In this document: piece after piece, positions 38,483 to 48,669 of the stretch
How the letters are laid out: every line of letters starts with the position of its first letter
Position numbering within the stretch: the stretch's first letter is position 1
Origin: a virus
DNA: 64,000 nucleotides
Strand: one strand, 5' to 3'
IMG/VR virus record: IMGVR_UViG_3300032323_002772
Span: 4,432 to 68,431 of that record
The notes under the pieces: generated by a model
Told to the model about the DNA's origin: nothing
Databases searched by the model: none
Seen by the model: the letters and a program-made list of their open reading frames with translations, nothing else
Program-made: the position numbers and the translations under genes

Positions 38483-39943
38483 ATGAAAGAAGGTTATATT
38501 CCGCAAGAAAAACGTAAGAAAATCTTATTGTTATGTGACGACATCCGAATGACAAGTGGTATTTCCACTATGGCTCGTGAAATCGTTATTGGTACTGCTC
38601 ATCACTACAACTGGATAAATGTAGGTGGAGCAATTACCCACCCTGATAAAGGTAAACGCTTTGATCTCAGTGAAGATACTAACAACAATGCTGGTATTAC
38701 TGATTCAAGTGTATTTCTATATCCAACAGATGGATATGGATCACCAGAATTAATTAGACAGCTAATCCAGGTTGAAAAACCAGACGCATTGATGATGTTT
38801 ACAGATCCAAGATATTGGATTTGGTTATTTCAAATTGAACATGAGATTAGAAAGCAAATGCCAATTATTTATTTAAATATTTGGGATGATCTACCTTATC
38901 CAATGTACAATAAGTCGTTCTATGAATCATGTGATGCTCTGTTAGCTATTAGTAAGCAAACTGAAAATCTTAATCATTGTGTATTAGGACCTGAGTTGGC
39001 AGCTGAAAAAGTAATTAAATATGTTCCACACGGGATTAATGAAAATTTCTTCTTCCCTATTAAACCAGAACATCCTGAGTATTTAGCTTTACAAGAATAT
39101 AAGAAAGCACTTTATGGTAGTGAGCAATATGATTTTAATTTACTTTACAATGCTAGAAACATTCGCCGTAAATCAGTTCCTGATTTGATGCTAGCTTGGA
39201 AAATATTCATTGATCAGTTGCCATTGGAAGAAGCTAAAAAGTGTGTATTTACACTCCATACCCAACCAATGGATGAGAATGGAACAGATCTACCAGCAGT
39301 AAAAGATATGTTATTTGGAAGACTACCTCAATACAATATTGCATTCTCAACAGGTAAAAATCCATCCAACATAATGAACCTACTTTACAATACAGCTGAT
39401 GCAGTAGCTCTTATCAGCTCAAATGAAGGATGGGGATTATCATTAACAGAAGGAATGATATGTGGTAAACCAATCATCGCTACTGTAACAGGTGGTATGC
39501 AAGACCAAATGCGTTTTGAAGACGAAAATGGTGAGTGGATTAAATTCACTGAAGAATTCGGTTCAAACCATAGAGGCAAATATAAGAAACATGGTAGTTG
39601 GGCTTTCCCAGTATTCCCTTCAAACCGTAGTTTAGTTGGATCAATTCCAACACCTTATATCTTTGATGATAGAGCTGAACCACATGATATAGCTGAGCAA
39701 ATAATGAAGGTATATAGATTGAAAATGGATCAACCGGATTTATATAATACAGTTTGTCAACAAGCTCACGAGTGGGTTCATTCAGATGAATCAATGATGA
39801 CAGCTGCTAATATGTGTAAAAACGCAATTGAAGGCATTGATGAAACATTTAAAAAGTGGCAACCTAGATATGCATTTGAATTGATGAAAGTAGAACCACT
39901 TGAACAACCTAAACATTTTGTAAAACACGTTATCGCACAATAA
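38483..39943 (+). CDS. GT-B (GT4-like) glycosyltransferase
   Basis: YVPHGIN, RNIRRK, SSNEGWGLSLTEGM.CGKPII. Confidence 0.85.
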   Translation: MKEGYIPQEKRKKILLLCDDIRMTSGISTMAREIVIGTAHHYNWINVGGAITHPDKGKRFDLSEDTNNNAGITDSSVFLYPTDGYGSPELIRQLIQVEKPDALMMFTDPRYWIWLFQIEHEIRKQMPIIYLNIWDDLPYPMYNKSFYESCDALLAISKQTENLNHCVLGPELAAEKVIKYVPHGINENFFFPIKPEHPEYLALQEYKKALYGSEQYDFNLLYNARNIRRKSVPDLMLAWKIFIDQLPLEEAKKCVFTLHTQPMDENGTDLPAVKDMLFGRLPQYNIAFSTGKNPSNIMNLLYNTADAVALISSNEGWGLSLTEGMICGKPIIATVTGGMQDQMRFEDENGEWIKFTEEFGSNHRGKYKKHGSWAFPVFPSNRSLVGSIPTPYIFDDRAEPHDIAEQIMKVYRLKMDQPDLYNTVCQQAHEWVHSDESMMTAANMCKNAIEGIDETFKKWQPRYAFELMKVEPLEQPKHFVKHVIAQ

Positions 39944-39944
39944 T

Positions 39945-41237
39945 ATGAAACCACTAGTTTTTATAAGCTGCCCAATTGATACATTTTCTGGTTATGGCGC
40001 TAGATCAAGAGATATTGCTTTAGCAATTATCAAATCAGACAAATATAATGTTAAAATATTACCTCAACGTTGGGGAGCAACTCCATTTGGATTCCTACAA
40101 CAAGACAATCCAGATCATAAATTAATAATGGACTGTATATGGCAACAACCACAACTTCCAAAACAACCAGATTGCTGGATTCAAATTACTGTACCTAATG
40201 AGTTTCAAGCTGTAGGTAAATTTAATATTGGTATTACTGCTGGTATTGAAACCACAGTATGTGCTCCTCAGTGGGTTGACGGTATTAATAGAATGGATTT
40301 AACATTAGTATCATCTGAACATGCTAAAAAGGTATTTCAAGGAAGTACATTTGAAGAAAAAAATAACCAAACCGGTCAAGTAATTAGAAAAATTACACTT
40401 GAAAAACCAATAGAAGTATTATTTGAAGGTGTAAATACAGACATTTATAAGAAATTAGATAATGTTGAAGGTGAAGTAGTAGAAGCATTAAATGATTTAG
40501 TTAAAGAAGATTTTAATTTCTTATTTGTAGGTCACTGGTTACAAGGTGAAATAGGACAAGATAGAAAAGATGTCGGAATGATGATTAAGACATTTCTTGA
40601 AACATTCAAAAATAAAAAACAACGCCCTGGTCTTATCCTTAAAACATCAGCTGGTAACTATTCTATTATGGATAGAGATTCTATCTTGGATAAGATTAGA
40701 CAAATTGAAGAAGCAACTGAAGGCGATTTACCAAGTATCTACCTACTGCATGGTGAATTAAGCGATGAAGAAGTAAATATACTTTATAATCATCCTAAAG
40801 TAAAAGCACACGTATCATTTACTAAAGGTGAAGGATATGGTCGCCCACTTATTGAAGCATCTATCAGTCAAAAACCAGTAGTAGTTTCAAATTGGAGTGG
40901 ACATTTAGATTTCCTTGATCCAGAAATGTCAACTTTACTTCCAGGACAATTAACACAGATACATTCCTCATCAGTGGTACAAGACATGTTATTGCCTGAA
41001 TCAAGTTGGTTTACTGTTGATTATAAAAAAGCAGCTGATACACTTGAAGATGTTTATAAGAATTATAAGAAATATACTGATGGAGCAAAGAGACAGTCGT
41101 ACCGTTCACGTACTGAATTTAATTTAGATAAAATGTCTGAAGAGATAGTTAGCTTATTGGATTCAAAAATCCCAAAACAAGTTGAATTTAAACTTCCTCA
41201 ACTACAAAAGATTGAATTACCTAAAAAACCAGTATAA
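39945..41237 (+). CDS. GT-B (GT4-like) glycosyltransferase
   Basis: SGYG, FLFVGHW, RKD, TKGEGYGRPLIEA, WSGHLDF. Confidence 0.85.
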   Translation: MKPLVFISCPIDTFSGYGARSRDIALAIIKSDKYNVKILPQRWGATPFGFLQQDNPDHKLIMDCIWQQPQLPKQPDCWIQITVPNEFQAVGKFNIGITAGIETTVCAPQWVDGINRMDLTLVSSEHAKKVFQGSTFEEKNNQTGQVIRKITLEKPIEVLFEGVNTDIYKKLDNVEGEVVEALNDLVKEDFNFLFVGHWLQGEIGQDRKDVGMMIKTFLETFKNKKQRPGLILKTSAGNYSIMDRDSILDKIRQIEEATEGDLPSIYLLHGELSDEEVNILYNHPKVKAHVSFTKGEGYGRPLIEASISQKPVVVSNWSGHLDFLDPEMSTLLPGQLTQIHSSSVVQDMLLPESSWFTVDYKKAADTLEDVYKNYKKYTDGAKRQSYRSRTEFNLDKMSEEIVSLLDSKIPKQVEFKLPQLQKIELPKKPV

Positions 41238-41632
41238 TGAAAGAACAACTAATAATATGTCCTAGATGTGGAGGTAATGCTTGTCACGAAGCATCAAACG
41301 AACAATTCACAGTATGGAGTTGCTTCGGATGTGGATTTACGGCAAACATTACCACCACAGATGACAATTTAGAAAATATTGAAGGTGTAATGCCTCAGCT
41401 TTACATTGATCTTAAATTTAAAGATGATAAAGGATATAACTGGTATCCATCTACAGTAATCTTAGAAGACAAATCAATGGTATTTGCTGATGGTAAAACA
41501 ACTGAAGATTGGAAGTGGGCAGGTGTGCAATCAAAAGATGATAAAGCAGATATGACTACTATTAAACACTTTGAAGAAAAAGACTTTATGGAAGCTTTAG
41601 ATTATATTGGCTTCTTCCAAAAACAAAAATAA
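41237..41632 (+). CDS. Zn-ribbon hypothetical protein
   Basis: CPRC...CFGCG. Confidence 0.6.
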   Translation: MKEQLIICPRCGGNACHEASNEQFTVWSCFGCGFTANITTTDDNLENIEGVMPQLYIDLKFKDDKGYNWYPSTVILEDKSMVFADGKTTEDWKWAGVQSKDDKADMTTIKHFEEKDFMEALDYIGFFQKQK

Positions 41633-41636
41633 TGTT

Positions 41637-42287
41637 ATGCTCAGAATCAGTTATGCTATCACTGCTTGTAATGAGCATGTTGAATTAGATAGACTATTAA
41701 GTCAATTATTATCATCTATTAGAGATGAAGATGAAATCATAGTACAGATGGATGCATCACCACATGATAAATACCATCTCCCTGAAGATAAAAAAAAGGT
41801 TCTAGGGTATATTATGAACCTACAGGAGCAAGGACGTATTCGTGTTACTCTTTGCCCATTAAATAATGATTTCGCTGCATTTAAAAACAATCTTAAAAGT
41901 CTATGCACTAAAGAATTCATATTCCAGATTGATGCTGATGAATATCCTCATCCACATTTATTAGCTTCATTGCCTGAAATATTAGAATATAATTACAATG
42001 TAGATGTATTTTTAACTCCTAGAATAAACACAGTTGAAGGCTTAACTGAACAACATATTCAACAATGGGGATGGAATGTTAATGATAAAGGATGGGTTAA
42101 TTTTCCTGATTACCAATGGCGTGTTTGGAAAAATAGTAGCAAAATAAAATGGATAAATAAAGTACACGAGCGATTAGATGGGTTCAATGAATACTCTATG
42201 TTCCCACAATCAGAAGAATACTGTTTATTCCATCCTAAAGATATTAAAAGACAAGAAAAACAAAACCAATTTTACAGTACATTATGA
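41637..42287 (+). CDS. GT2-like glycosyltransferase
   Basis: ISYAITACNE, DFAAFKN, FQIDADE, PDYQWR, KVHE. Confidence 0.85.
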   Translation: MLRISYAITACNEHVELDRLLSQLLSSIRDEDEIIVQMDASPHDKYHLPEDKKKVLGYIMNLQEQGRIRVTLCPLNNDFAAFKNNLKSLCTKEFIFQIDADEYPHPHLLASLPEILEYNYNVDVFLTPRINTVEGLTEQHIQQWGWNVNDKGWVNFPDYQWRVWKNSSKIKWINKVHERLDGFNEYSMFPQSEEYCLFHPKDIKRQEKQNQFYSTL

Positions 42288-42697
42288 GCGACAGAAAGTA
42301 TCTCCCAACATTAAGTGAACTAATCGATAGATTAAGTATTACACAATTAAAAGAAGTGTTTATTGTAGAACACAAAGCAGAATATGCTCAAGAAATAGCT
42401 GACATCGTACATGATATTCAGTTACATCTTAACGAGAGTAAAGAACCAATTACTGCTGATACAATCAGAGCAATTGTAGTATTATCTCAAATGAACTTAC
42501 ATATTTGGCATAACGAATCAAATGTAAGATCAGGTAAATCAGGTCCAAATGCATTAGCATTAACTCACGGATTGAATGGTATTCGCAATACTGCTAAAAA
42601 CCAAATTCAAGAAGTAATGGGCGGACGTAAGGACTATAAAATTGACTGCTTAGCTGCTGATTTTAAAGACTGGGAAATATCATGGAAAAACCAATAG
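42284..42697 (+). CDS. Helical hypothetical protein (DUF4254/DUF6165-like)
   Basis: SELIDRLSI, NLHIWHNE..R, LNGIRN. Confidence 0.5.
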   Translation: MSDRKYLPTLSELIDRLSITQLKEVFIVEHKAEYAQEIADIVHDIQLHLNESKEPITADTIRAIVVLSQMNLHIWHNESNVRSGKSGPNALALTHGLNGIRNTAKNQIQEVMGGRKDYKIDCLAADFKDWEISWKNQ

Positions 42698-43053
42698 TTT
42701 GTGAAGGTTGCAAAGTACCTAAAGGCTGGGGTGAGGAACTGATCATTGAAAATAATGAAATGTACTGTGGCAAACTGCTTATATTCAAAGCAGGATGTAA
42801 ATTCAGTATGCATTACCATATGATTAAAGATGAAACATGGTACGTTGATAAAGGAGAATTCATCTATAGATGGATTGATACTGAAACAGCAGAAGTACAT
42901 GAACAATATCTAAAAGTAGGAGACATTGTAAGACAAAGACCAGGTCAACCTCATCAGTTGGAAGCCAAAACAGAAGGTACTATCTTCGAAGTATCAACAA
43001 CACATTCAGATTCCGATTCATACCGCGTATGGAAAGGAGATAGCCAAAAATAA
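42682..43053 (+). CDS. Cupin (sugar isomerase-like)
   Basis: KGWGEE, SMHYH..KDETW, PGQPH, EVST. Confidence 0.8.
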   Translation: MEKPIVCEGCKVPKGWGEELIIENNEMYCGKLLIFKAGCKFSMHYHMIKDETWYVDKGEFIYRWIDTETAEVHEQYLKVGDIVRQRPGQPHQLEAKTEGTIFEVSTTHSDSDSYRVWKGDSQK

Positions 43054-43057
43054 TAAT

Positions 43058-43975
43058 ATGAAGAAAATAACAGTACAAGACATTGAAGAAGTGGTTGGAT
43101 TTGAAGTTAGCGATAATGTAAAAGCATTAGTTAACGAATTTGACTTAACATACAGTGAATTAACCCAACCAGAACGTGATAGTGTTATCTTAGATATTAT
43201 CAATACTTTAAACGATGATATTGAATATGTAGGTAAACATAGATTAGAAAAATGGGAAAACGGATGGTATGAGAATTTAGAATTACTAAAACAAAATAAA
43301 GACGCTAGTAGTTTAGTTCCTAAATACTTTAACAAATATAAAGTTGCTCGTTGGAAAGGTGATTTAGTTAAATGTGAAACTGAATACTTCGATTATAAAC
43401 TACATATTATTTTAGTTGATGCCATCTTACATAGATTCGTAGACACCGATTATTCTAATTTATATGAATTTGGTTGCGGGCCTGCTTATCACCTATTACG
43501 CTTTGGAAAATTCAATCCTGAAGCTAACCTAATTGGATTAGATTGGGCTACAGCATCTCAAAATATTATTAAAGAAATTAATGATTTAGGAATAAACAAT
43601 AAAATAACAGGTTATAACTTTGATTATTTTAAACCAGACTATAACATTGATATTGCCCCTAACTCAGCTATATTTACTTGTGCTTCATTAGAGCAGATTG
43701 GAGAAAACTATAAAGAGTTCGTAGATTATATCTTAGCTAAGCAGCCTGATTTATGTATTCACTTTGAACCTGAAGCTAAAATATTAGACGAAAATAGTCT
43801 AGTAGATAAACTTTCAATCTTATACTTTAATAAAAGAAAATATTTAAAAGGATATTTATCTTATTTAGAAAGCCTACAAGCAGAAGGTAAAATTGAAATA
43901 CACACTCAAAGACTATGGGGTGGATCTTACTTCATTGAAGGGTACCCAGCAATTATTTGGAAAATTAAAAAATAA
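43058..43975 (+). CDS. Class I SAM-dependent methyltransferase-like protein
   Basis: YEFGCGPA, GLDW, ASLEQI, HFEP. Confidence 0.7.
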   Translation: MKKITVQDIEEVVGFEVSDNVKALVNEFDLTYSELTQPERDSVILDIINTLNDDIEYVGKHRLEKWENGWYENLELLKQNKDASSLVPKYFNKYKVARWKGDLVKCETEYFDYKLHIILVDAILHRFVDTDYSNLYEFGCGPAYHLLRFGKFNPEANLIGLDWATASQNIIKEINDLGINNKITGYNFDYFKPDYNIDIAPNSAIFTCASLEQIGENYKEFVDYILAKQPDLCIHFEPEAKILDENSLVDKLSILYFNKRKYLKGYLSYLESLQAEGKIEIHTQRLWGGSYFIEGYPAIIWKIKK

Positions 43976-43978
43976 CAT

Positions 43979-44866
43979 ATGAGTAATTTAATTGAAAACA
44001 GAAAAAAAGTATATGCAAATTTTCCACAAGAAGGAAAAAATGTAGCTTCTACAGACATCGTTTTATTTTATGATATTAATGATGCTGATTATAGTGCTTT
44101 AACGGAAGCAACACAAAATTTTATTTGCAAATCATTATCATTAGTACATGAAAAAGAATTTACATGGACTGATAATTTCTTAGAAGATAATGATGCTTTA
44201 ATTCAAGCATTACCTAATAAAACTCCAAACGGTGTTTTAAATCCTAAAAATGAAACCTCTGCTGAATTTGAAGAAATTGTAAAAGCAGTAAATAATATTT
44301 TTAATAGTACAGGAGTTTACCCTCACATTAAAAAATTAGCTATCCCTAATATCAGATATAAAAGTACACTAGAGTCAGAAGGAGCTAAAAGCCGACCTTA
44401 TTACACTAGTAAGATTCATTCTGATGCTTGGGTTGGACATAAAGGTGATTCTATATTTTTGATTGGTATTTTAGGTGATATATCTAATAATACAGTTGAA
44501 TTTAACGAACCTATTAATCCACATGATAACTACCTCCATAAAGCAGATAGCTTTGATGAAGGGAATACTCGTTACGAATCACTTAAATATCTAGGACAAC
44601 TAGATAAACAAATACTTGGTGTAATGGATCACGCATGTGCTCATAGAACATTAGTTAAAGAAAATGCAGGACCAAGAGTATCACTTGATATTGCTGTATT
44701 AGTTGATAGTGAGTTTTCTCATGCTAATGATGAAGGATTTGATGAAAATGCTTATGCTTATTATGAATCTAATACTGTAAAAGCAATTGGCTCATCTAAT
44801 AAAATTTCAGTTGAACAATCAATATTCAATTCAACATCAACTAAAATTCAAATTCAATCAGTGTAA
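43979..44866 (+). CDS. Putative 2OG-Fe(II) dioxygenase
   Basis: HSD (HxD)...distal H (CAHRT)...RVS (RxS). Confidence 0.55.
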   Translation: MSNLIENRKKVYANFPQEGKNVASTDIVLFYDINDADYSALTEATQNFICKSLSLVHEKEFTWTDNFLEDNDALIQALPNKTPNGVLNPKNETSAEFEEIVKAVNNIFNSTGVYPHIKKLAIPNIRYKSTLESEGAKSRPYYTSKIHSDAWVGHKGDSIFLIGILGDISNNTVEFNEPINPHDNYLHKADSFDEGNTRYESLKYLGQLDKQILGVMDHACAHRTLVKENAGPRVSLDIAVLVDSEFSHANDEGFDENAYAYYESNTVKAIGSSNKISVEQSIFNSTSTKIQIQSV

Positions 44867-45741
44867 TGCTTAAATTTTACTCTAATTTTGATCCAATATT
44901 TCATTTCCTGAAAGACAAATACCAGGATAAGCCCTTTACTATATGGCATGAGTCATTTCCTAATAATGTTAAACAATTAGAAGAAAACCCATATAACTTT
45001 TTAATTATAGCTGAACCAAATGAATTCTTCGGGTTACATAATATTGCTATAGCTAATTATAATTTATTTACTGCTATATTAACGTGGAGTGATTTTATAC
45101 TTAAAAATTGCCCTAATGGTGTTAGATTTACTTTTAATGGTAGAGTATTAGATGATGAATTTCTAAAATCAATAGAAAATAAACCCAAACAATTTGAAGT
45201 ATCATTCTTATCAGGAGATAAAAATATTATAGAAGGTCATAACCTTAGACAACGAGTATATTCTTTAGGAGATCAAGTATCAATACCTAAAAAATGGTTT
45301 CATACCTTAGAGGATTACGATCAAGAAAATGGAGTTAGACCTGGTTATAGCAATTATAGTAAAGATTTATCTCACATACCTGAGGGAGTAGATATAGTAG
45401 GATACGGCAAGCGTGTATTATATGATTCTATGTTTAATGTAATAATAGAAAATGTTAAACATACTAACTGGTATAATAAAATAGGAGATAGCTTCCTAAC
45501 TAAATGTATTCCTATCTATTGGGGTTGTCCTAATATAAGTGAATTTGGATATGATGAAAGAGGCATTATTAGGTTTAATAATGAGCTTGAATTAATTCAG
45601 ATTTTAAATTCTTTAACACCCGAATTATATAACCATATGAAACCTTATATTGATTATAATTATGAGGTAGCTAAATTAGATATGGTTGAAAATAAAGCAA
45701 CACAATTTTTTGATTCATTTATACAAGCAAACAATTTATGA
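44866..45741 (+). CDS. GT10 (fucosyltransferase-like) glycosyltransferase
   Basis: FNVIIEN....WYNKI.DSFLTKCIPIYWGCPNI. Confidence 0.75.
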   Translation: MLKFYSNFDPIFHFLKDKYQDKPFTIWHESFPNNVKQLEENPYNFLIIAEPNEFFGLHNIAIANYNLFTAILTWSDFILKNCPNGVRFTFNGRVLDDEFLKSIENKPKQFEVSFLSGDKNIIEGHNLRQRVYSLGDQVSIPKKWFHTLEDYDQENGVRPGYSNYSKDLSHIPEGVDIVGYGKRVLYDSMFNVIIENVKHTNWYNKIGDSFLTKCIPIYWGCPNISEFGYDERGIIRFNNELELIQILNSLTPELYNHMKPYIDYNYEVAKLDMVENKATQFFDSFIQANNL

Positions 45742-46214
45742 TATTTCCAGAAGTTATAGTACGCCAAGCAGATTCATTTGAAGATTATAGAGGTGAATTG
45801 TATACTGTGTTTGATCAAGATGATTGGGATGTAGTTTTCAATCACGATAAAGCATCTGTTTCAAGACAACACGTATTGAGAGGATTACACGGAGATAAAA
45901 AATCAACTAAATTAATTAGCTGTTTACACGGTGAAGTATATTTGGTTGTAGTTGATTGTCGCCCTGAATCACCCAATTATTTAAAATGGGATTCAATTGT
46001 ATTAACAGATAAAAATAAAAAGTCAGTATTAGTACCACCTATGTTCGCGAATGGGCATTTAGTATTAAGTCCCAATGCTGTATTCTTCTACAAATGGTCA
46101 TACCCAGGAAATTATCCTGACGTAGATGAACAATTTACTGTGAAGTGGAATGATGAACGAATAGGAATAAATTGGCCTATAAACAATCCAATTTTATCTA
46201 AACGTGATAGATAA
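45738..46214 (+). CDS. RmlC-family NDP-4-keto-sugar 3(,5)-epimerase, heptose-type
   Basis: DYRG, HDK, VLRGLHGD, VVVDCRPESP, WNDERIGINWP, PILSKRD. Confidence 0.85.
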   Translation: MIFPEVIVRQADSFEDYRGELYTVFDQDDWDVVFNHDKASVSRQHVLRGLHGDKKSTKLISCLHGEVYLVVVDCRPESPNYLKWDSIVLTDKNKKSVLVPPMFANGHLVLSPNAVFFYKWSYPGNYPDVDEQFTVKWNDERIGINWPINNPILSKRDR

Positions 46215-46260
46215 TTTGGAGAGGTGAAAAAAATTAATTAAATTTATAAAAATAAAACAA

Positions 46261-46812
46261 ATGGCAAAAGCACTTATTATTACTTGGGAAAAATTCCAAG
46301 ACCATGAATTAATTTATCCTTATTACAGTTTAAAAGAAGCTGGTTATGAGGTAACATTAATGGCAAATAAAGTAGGTAAAATTTGGGGCTCATTAGGCAC
46401 ACACATGCCTTGTGATGTTGAAACATCTATCTTCTTAGATGAAGCAACAAGACAACAATACCTAAACGAATACGAAATCCTATTAGTACCAGGTGGTGTT
46501 AAAGCACTTGAAAAGGTAAGACAAGAACAAGGCGTATTACAATTCATTAGAGAATGGAATGCAGCTGATAAAACAATTTTCTCCGTTTGTAATGGAGCTC
46601 AGTTATTAATCTCAGCTAAAATATTACAAGGTAGAACACTTTCAGGATACTATTCAATTGATGTAGATATCGAGAATGCAGGTGCTACTTATAGTAGAGG
46701 TCCTGTAGTAGTAGATGGTAATATCATTTCATGTCCACACTATGACTTTATGGGTGACTGGATGAGAACAGCTTATCAAGTACACAACGAAAGAAAATCA
46801 ACCAATGAGTAA
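46261..46812 (+). CDS. DJ-1/PfpI family protein
   Basis: FQDHELIYP, VPGG, SVCNGAQLL, VVVDGNIIS. Confidence 0.85.
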   Translation: MAKALIITWEKFQDHELIYPYYSLKEAGYEVTLMANKVGKIWGSLGTHMPCDVETSIFLDEATRQQYLNEYEILLVPGGVKALEKVRQEQGVLQFIREWNAADKTIFSVCNGAQLLISAKILQGRTLSGYYSIDVDIENAGATYSRGPVVVDGNIISCPHYDFMGDWMRTAYQVHNERKSTNE

Positions 46813-47470
46813 TTACAATACAAATGTAGTTAAGAAGCCTTGGGGCTATGAGTATCTTGCTTATGAAAATGAGCATGCTGCTATTTGGTTTCTATATATC
46901 AAATATAACCACGCTACCTCTCTTCATTGCCACCCAAACAAAACAACTGGGTTGATATTATTAGATGGGCAAGCTGAGACATCGTTTCTAAACAACACAA
47001 ATCAGCTTAATCCAACTAATAAGGTAATGATTCGTAAAGGATTATTCCACTCAACGAAGGCAACTGATGAAAGAGGTGCTTGGATATTTGAAATCGAAAC
47101 ACCAGTTGACAAACAAGATCTGGTTAGATTCAAAGATAGCTATGGTAGAGAAGGTAAACCATATGAAGATGAAACCTTCGAAATACCTAAAGCAGAAGAT
47201 TGCTTATGGATTAAAGACACCCCAGAAGTATATAACTTTGCTAACTGTATACTTGACGTTAAACATATTACTGATGTAAATGAATTTGCAGATATAGACG
47301 ATTCATTAAATGTAATGTTTTTAAAAGGTGGATTAATAACTGACTACAACCAAAAAGTAGCAGGTCCTGGAGATATAGTATTATCTTCAACAATTAAAGA
47401 ATTAACTGAGGTATTTACAGCAGTAGATCCTAGTACATTAATAATGATAATAAAACAACAAAATGGCTAA
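46805..47470 (+). CDS. Cupin domain protein
   Basis: KKPWGYEY, TSLHCHPNK, FHST, EIETP. Confidence 0.75.
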   Translation: MSNYNTNVVKKPWGYEYLAYENEHAAIWFLYIKYNHATSLHCHPNKTTGLILLDGQAETSFLNNTNQLNPTNKVMIRKGLFHSTKATDERGAWIFEIETPVDKQDLVRFKDSYGREGKPYEDETFEIPKAEDCLWIKDTPEVYNFANCILDVKHITDVNEFADIDDSLNVMFLKGGLITDYNQKVAGPGDIVLSSTIKELTEVFTAVDPSTLIMIIKQQNG

Positions 47471-47849
47471 TTTTTATCCTCCTGGATATAAAAACGACAG
47501 AGTAGTAATTGCAGTTGATTTTGACGGTGTATTACATAATGCTAATCAAGGGTGGGGAGATGGAACATGTTATGGAGACCCACTCCCAGGCGCTATTGAA
47601 GCAATAAAGAAATTAGCTGAAAATTATGATATTGTTATTTTTACTGCTAAAGCAAAACCTGATCGTCCATTAGTGGATGGTAAAACAGGTGCTGTGTTAG
47701 TAAGAGAGTGGTTTGTAAAATATGGTATTGCTGATTACATTAAAAGTATTACTAGTGAAAAACCAAGAGCTGAACTATATATTGATGACAACGGTTATCG
47801 TTTCGTAAATTGGAATGATACTTTAAAATTTGTAGAAAATGAGTTATAG
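47463..47849 (+). CDS. HAD-superfamily phosphatase
   Basis: AVDFDGVLH, IFTA, KP...YIDD. Confidence 0.8.
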   Translation: MANFYPPGYKNDRVVIAVDFDGVLHNANQGWGDGTCYGDPLPGAIEAIKKLAENYDIVIFTAKAKPDRPLVDGKTGAVLVREWFVKYGIADYIKSITSEKPRAELYIDDNGYRFVNWNDTLKFVENEL

Positions 47850-48669
47850 ACTAAATGCTTTTAAAAAAGCGTCGTTTTGTAGACACTTCGAAAATGAAGT
47901 TTATAAAAACGTACAAAATAAAAATATTAAAATACCAGTTTATTTATCTGCAGGACAAGAATATATTCCTGCTAGTATAGCTACTATAATGGAGAGTAAA
48001 GGTATTGAACCTAATATCTTCATTCAACATAGAGGACATTCAACATACCTTTCATTTGGTGCTTCACCAATTGAATTGATTGATGAATTACTAGGTAGAA
48101 AAACAGGATGTGCTGGTGGAATGGGAGGATCAGCTTCTATTCATTCACATGAAAAGAATATATTCGGACATGATGGGTTAATGGGTAGTCAAGTTCCTAT
48201 TGCTGTAGGACATTGTTACTCCACTCGCAAACCAACCATCGTAACTATGGGTGATGCTTCAGCAGAGGAAGATTACGTTATGGGTGCTTTAGGTTGGGCT
48301 TCAACTAAAAACTTACCTATCTTATTCATAGTAGAAGATAATAACTTATCTATATTAACTGAAAAGAAAGTAAGACGTAATTGGGAAATGGATGCTGTAG
48401 CTAAAGCATTCAATATGAAAGCAGTTAATATACAAGATGATCCATTAGTGATTAATATGCACCTTGAAAATTATAATTTTAATGGCCCTATGCTATTAAA
48501 CATCAACACCAATAGAAAATACTGGCATTCAGGTGCAGGTCAAGATGGGGACAACTTCGATCGCTACAATAATGAACTTAAAGCATTAGGAGAAGAAGCA
48601 ACTAAAATTGATTTAGAAAACAAACAACTAGTAGAAACGTTATGGGAACAACAGTTAGGGATACAATAA
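47839..48669 (+). CDS. TPP-dependent E1 alpha-like subunit
   Basis: YLSAGQE, HRGH, GMGGS, GDAS.EE...EDNN TPP motif. Confidence 0.85.
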   Translation: MSYRLNAFKKASFCRHFENEVYKNVQNKNIKIPVYLSAGQEYIPASIATIMESKGIEPNIFIQHRGHSTYLSFGASPIELIDELLGRKTGCAGGMGGSASIHSHEKNIFGHDGLMGSQVPIAVGHCYSTRKPTIVTMGDASAEEDYVMGALGWASTKNLPILFIVEDNNLSILTEKKVRRNWEMDAVAKAFNMKAVNIQDDPLVINMHLENYNFNGPMLLNINTNRKYWHSGAGQDGDNFDRYNNELKALGEEATKIDLENKQLVETLWEQQLGIQ

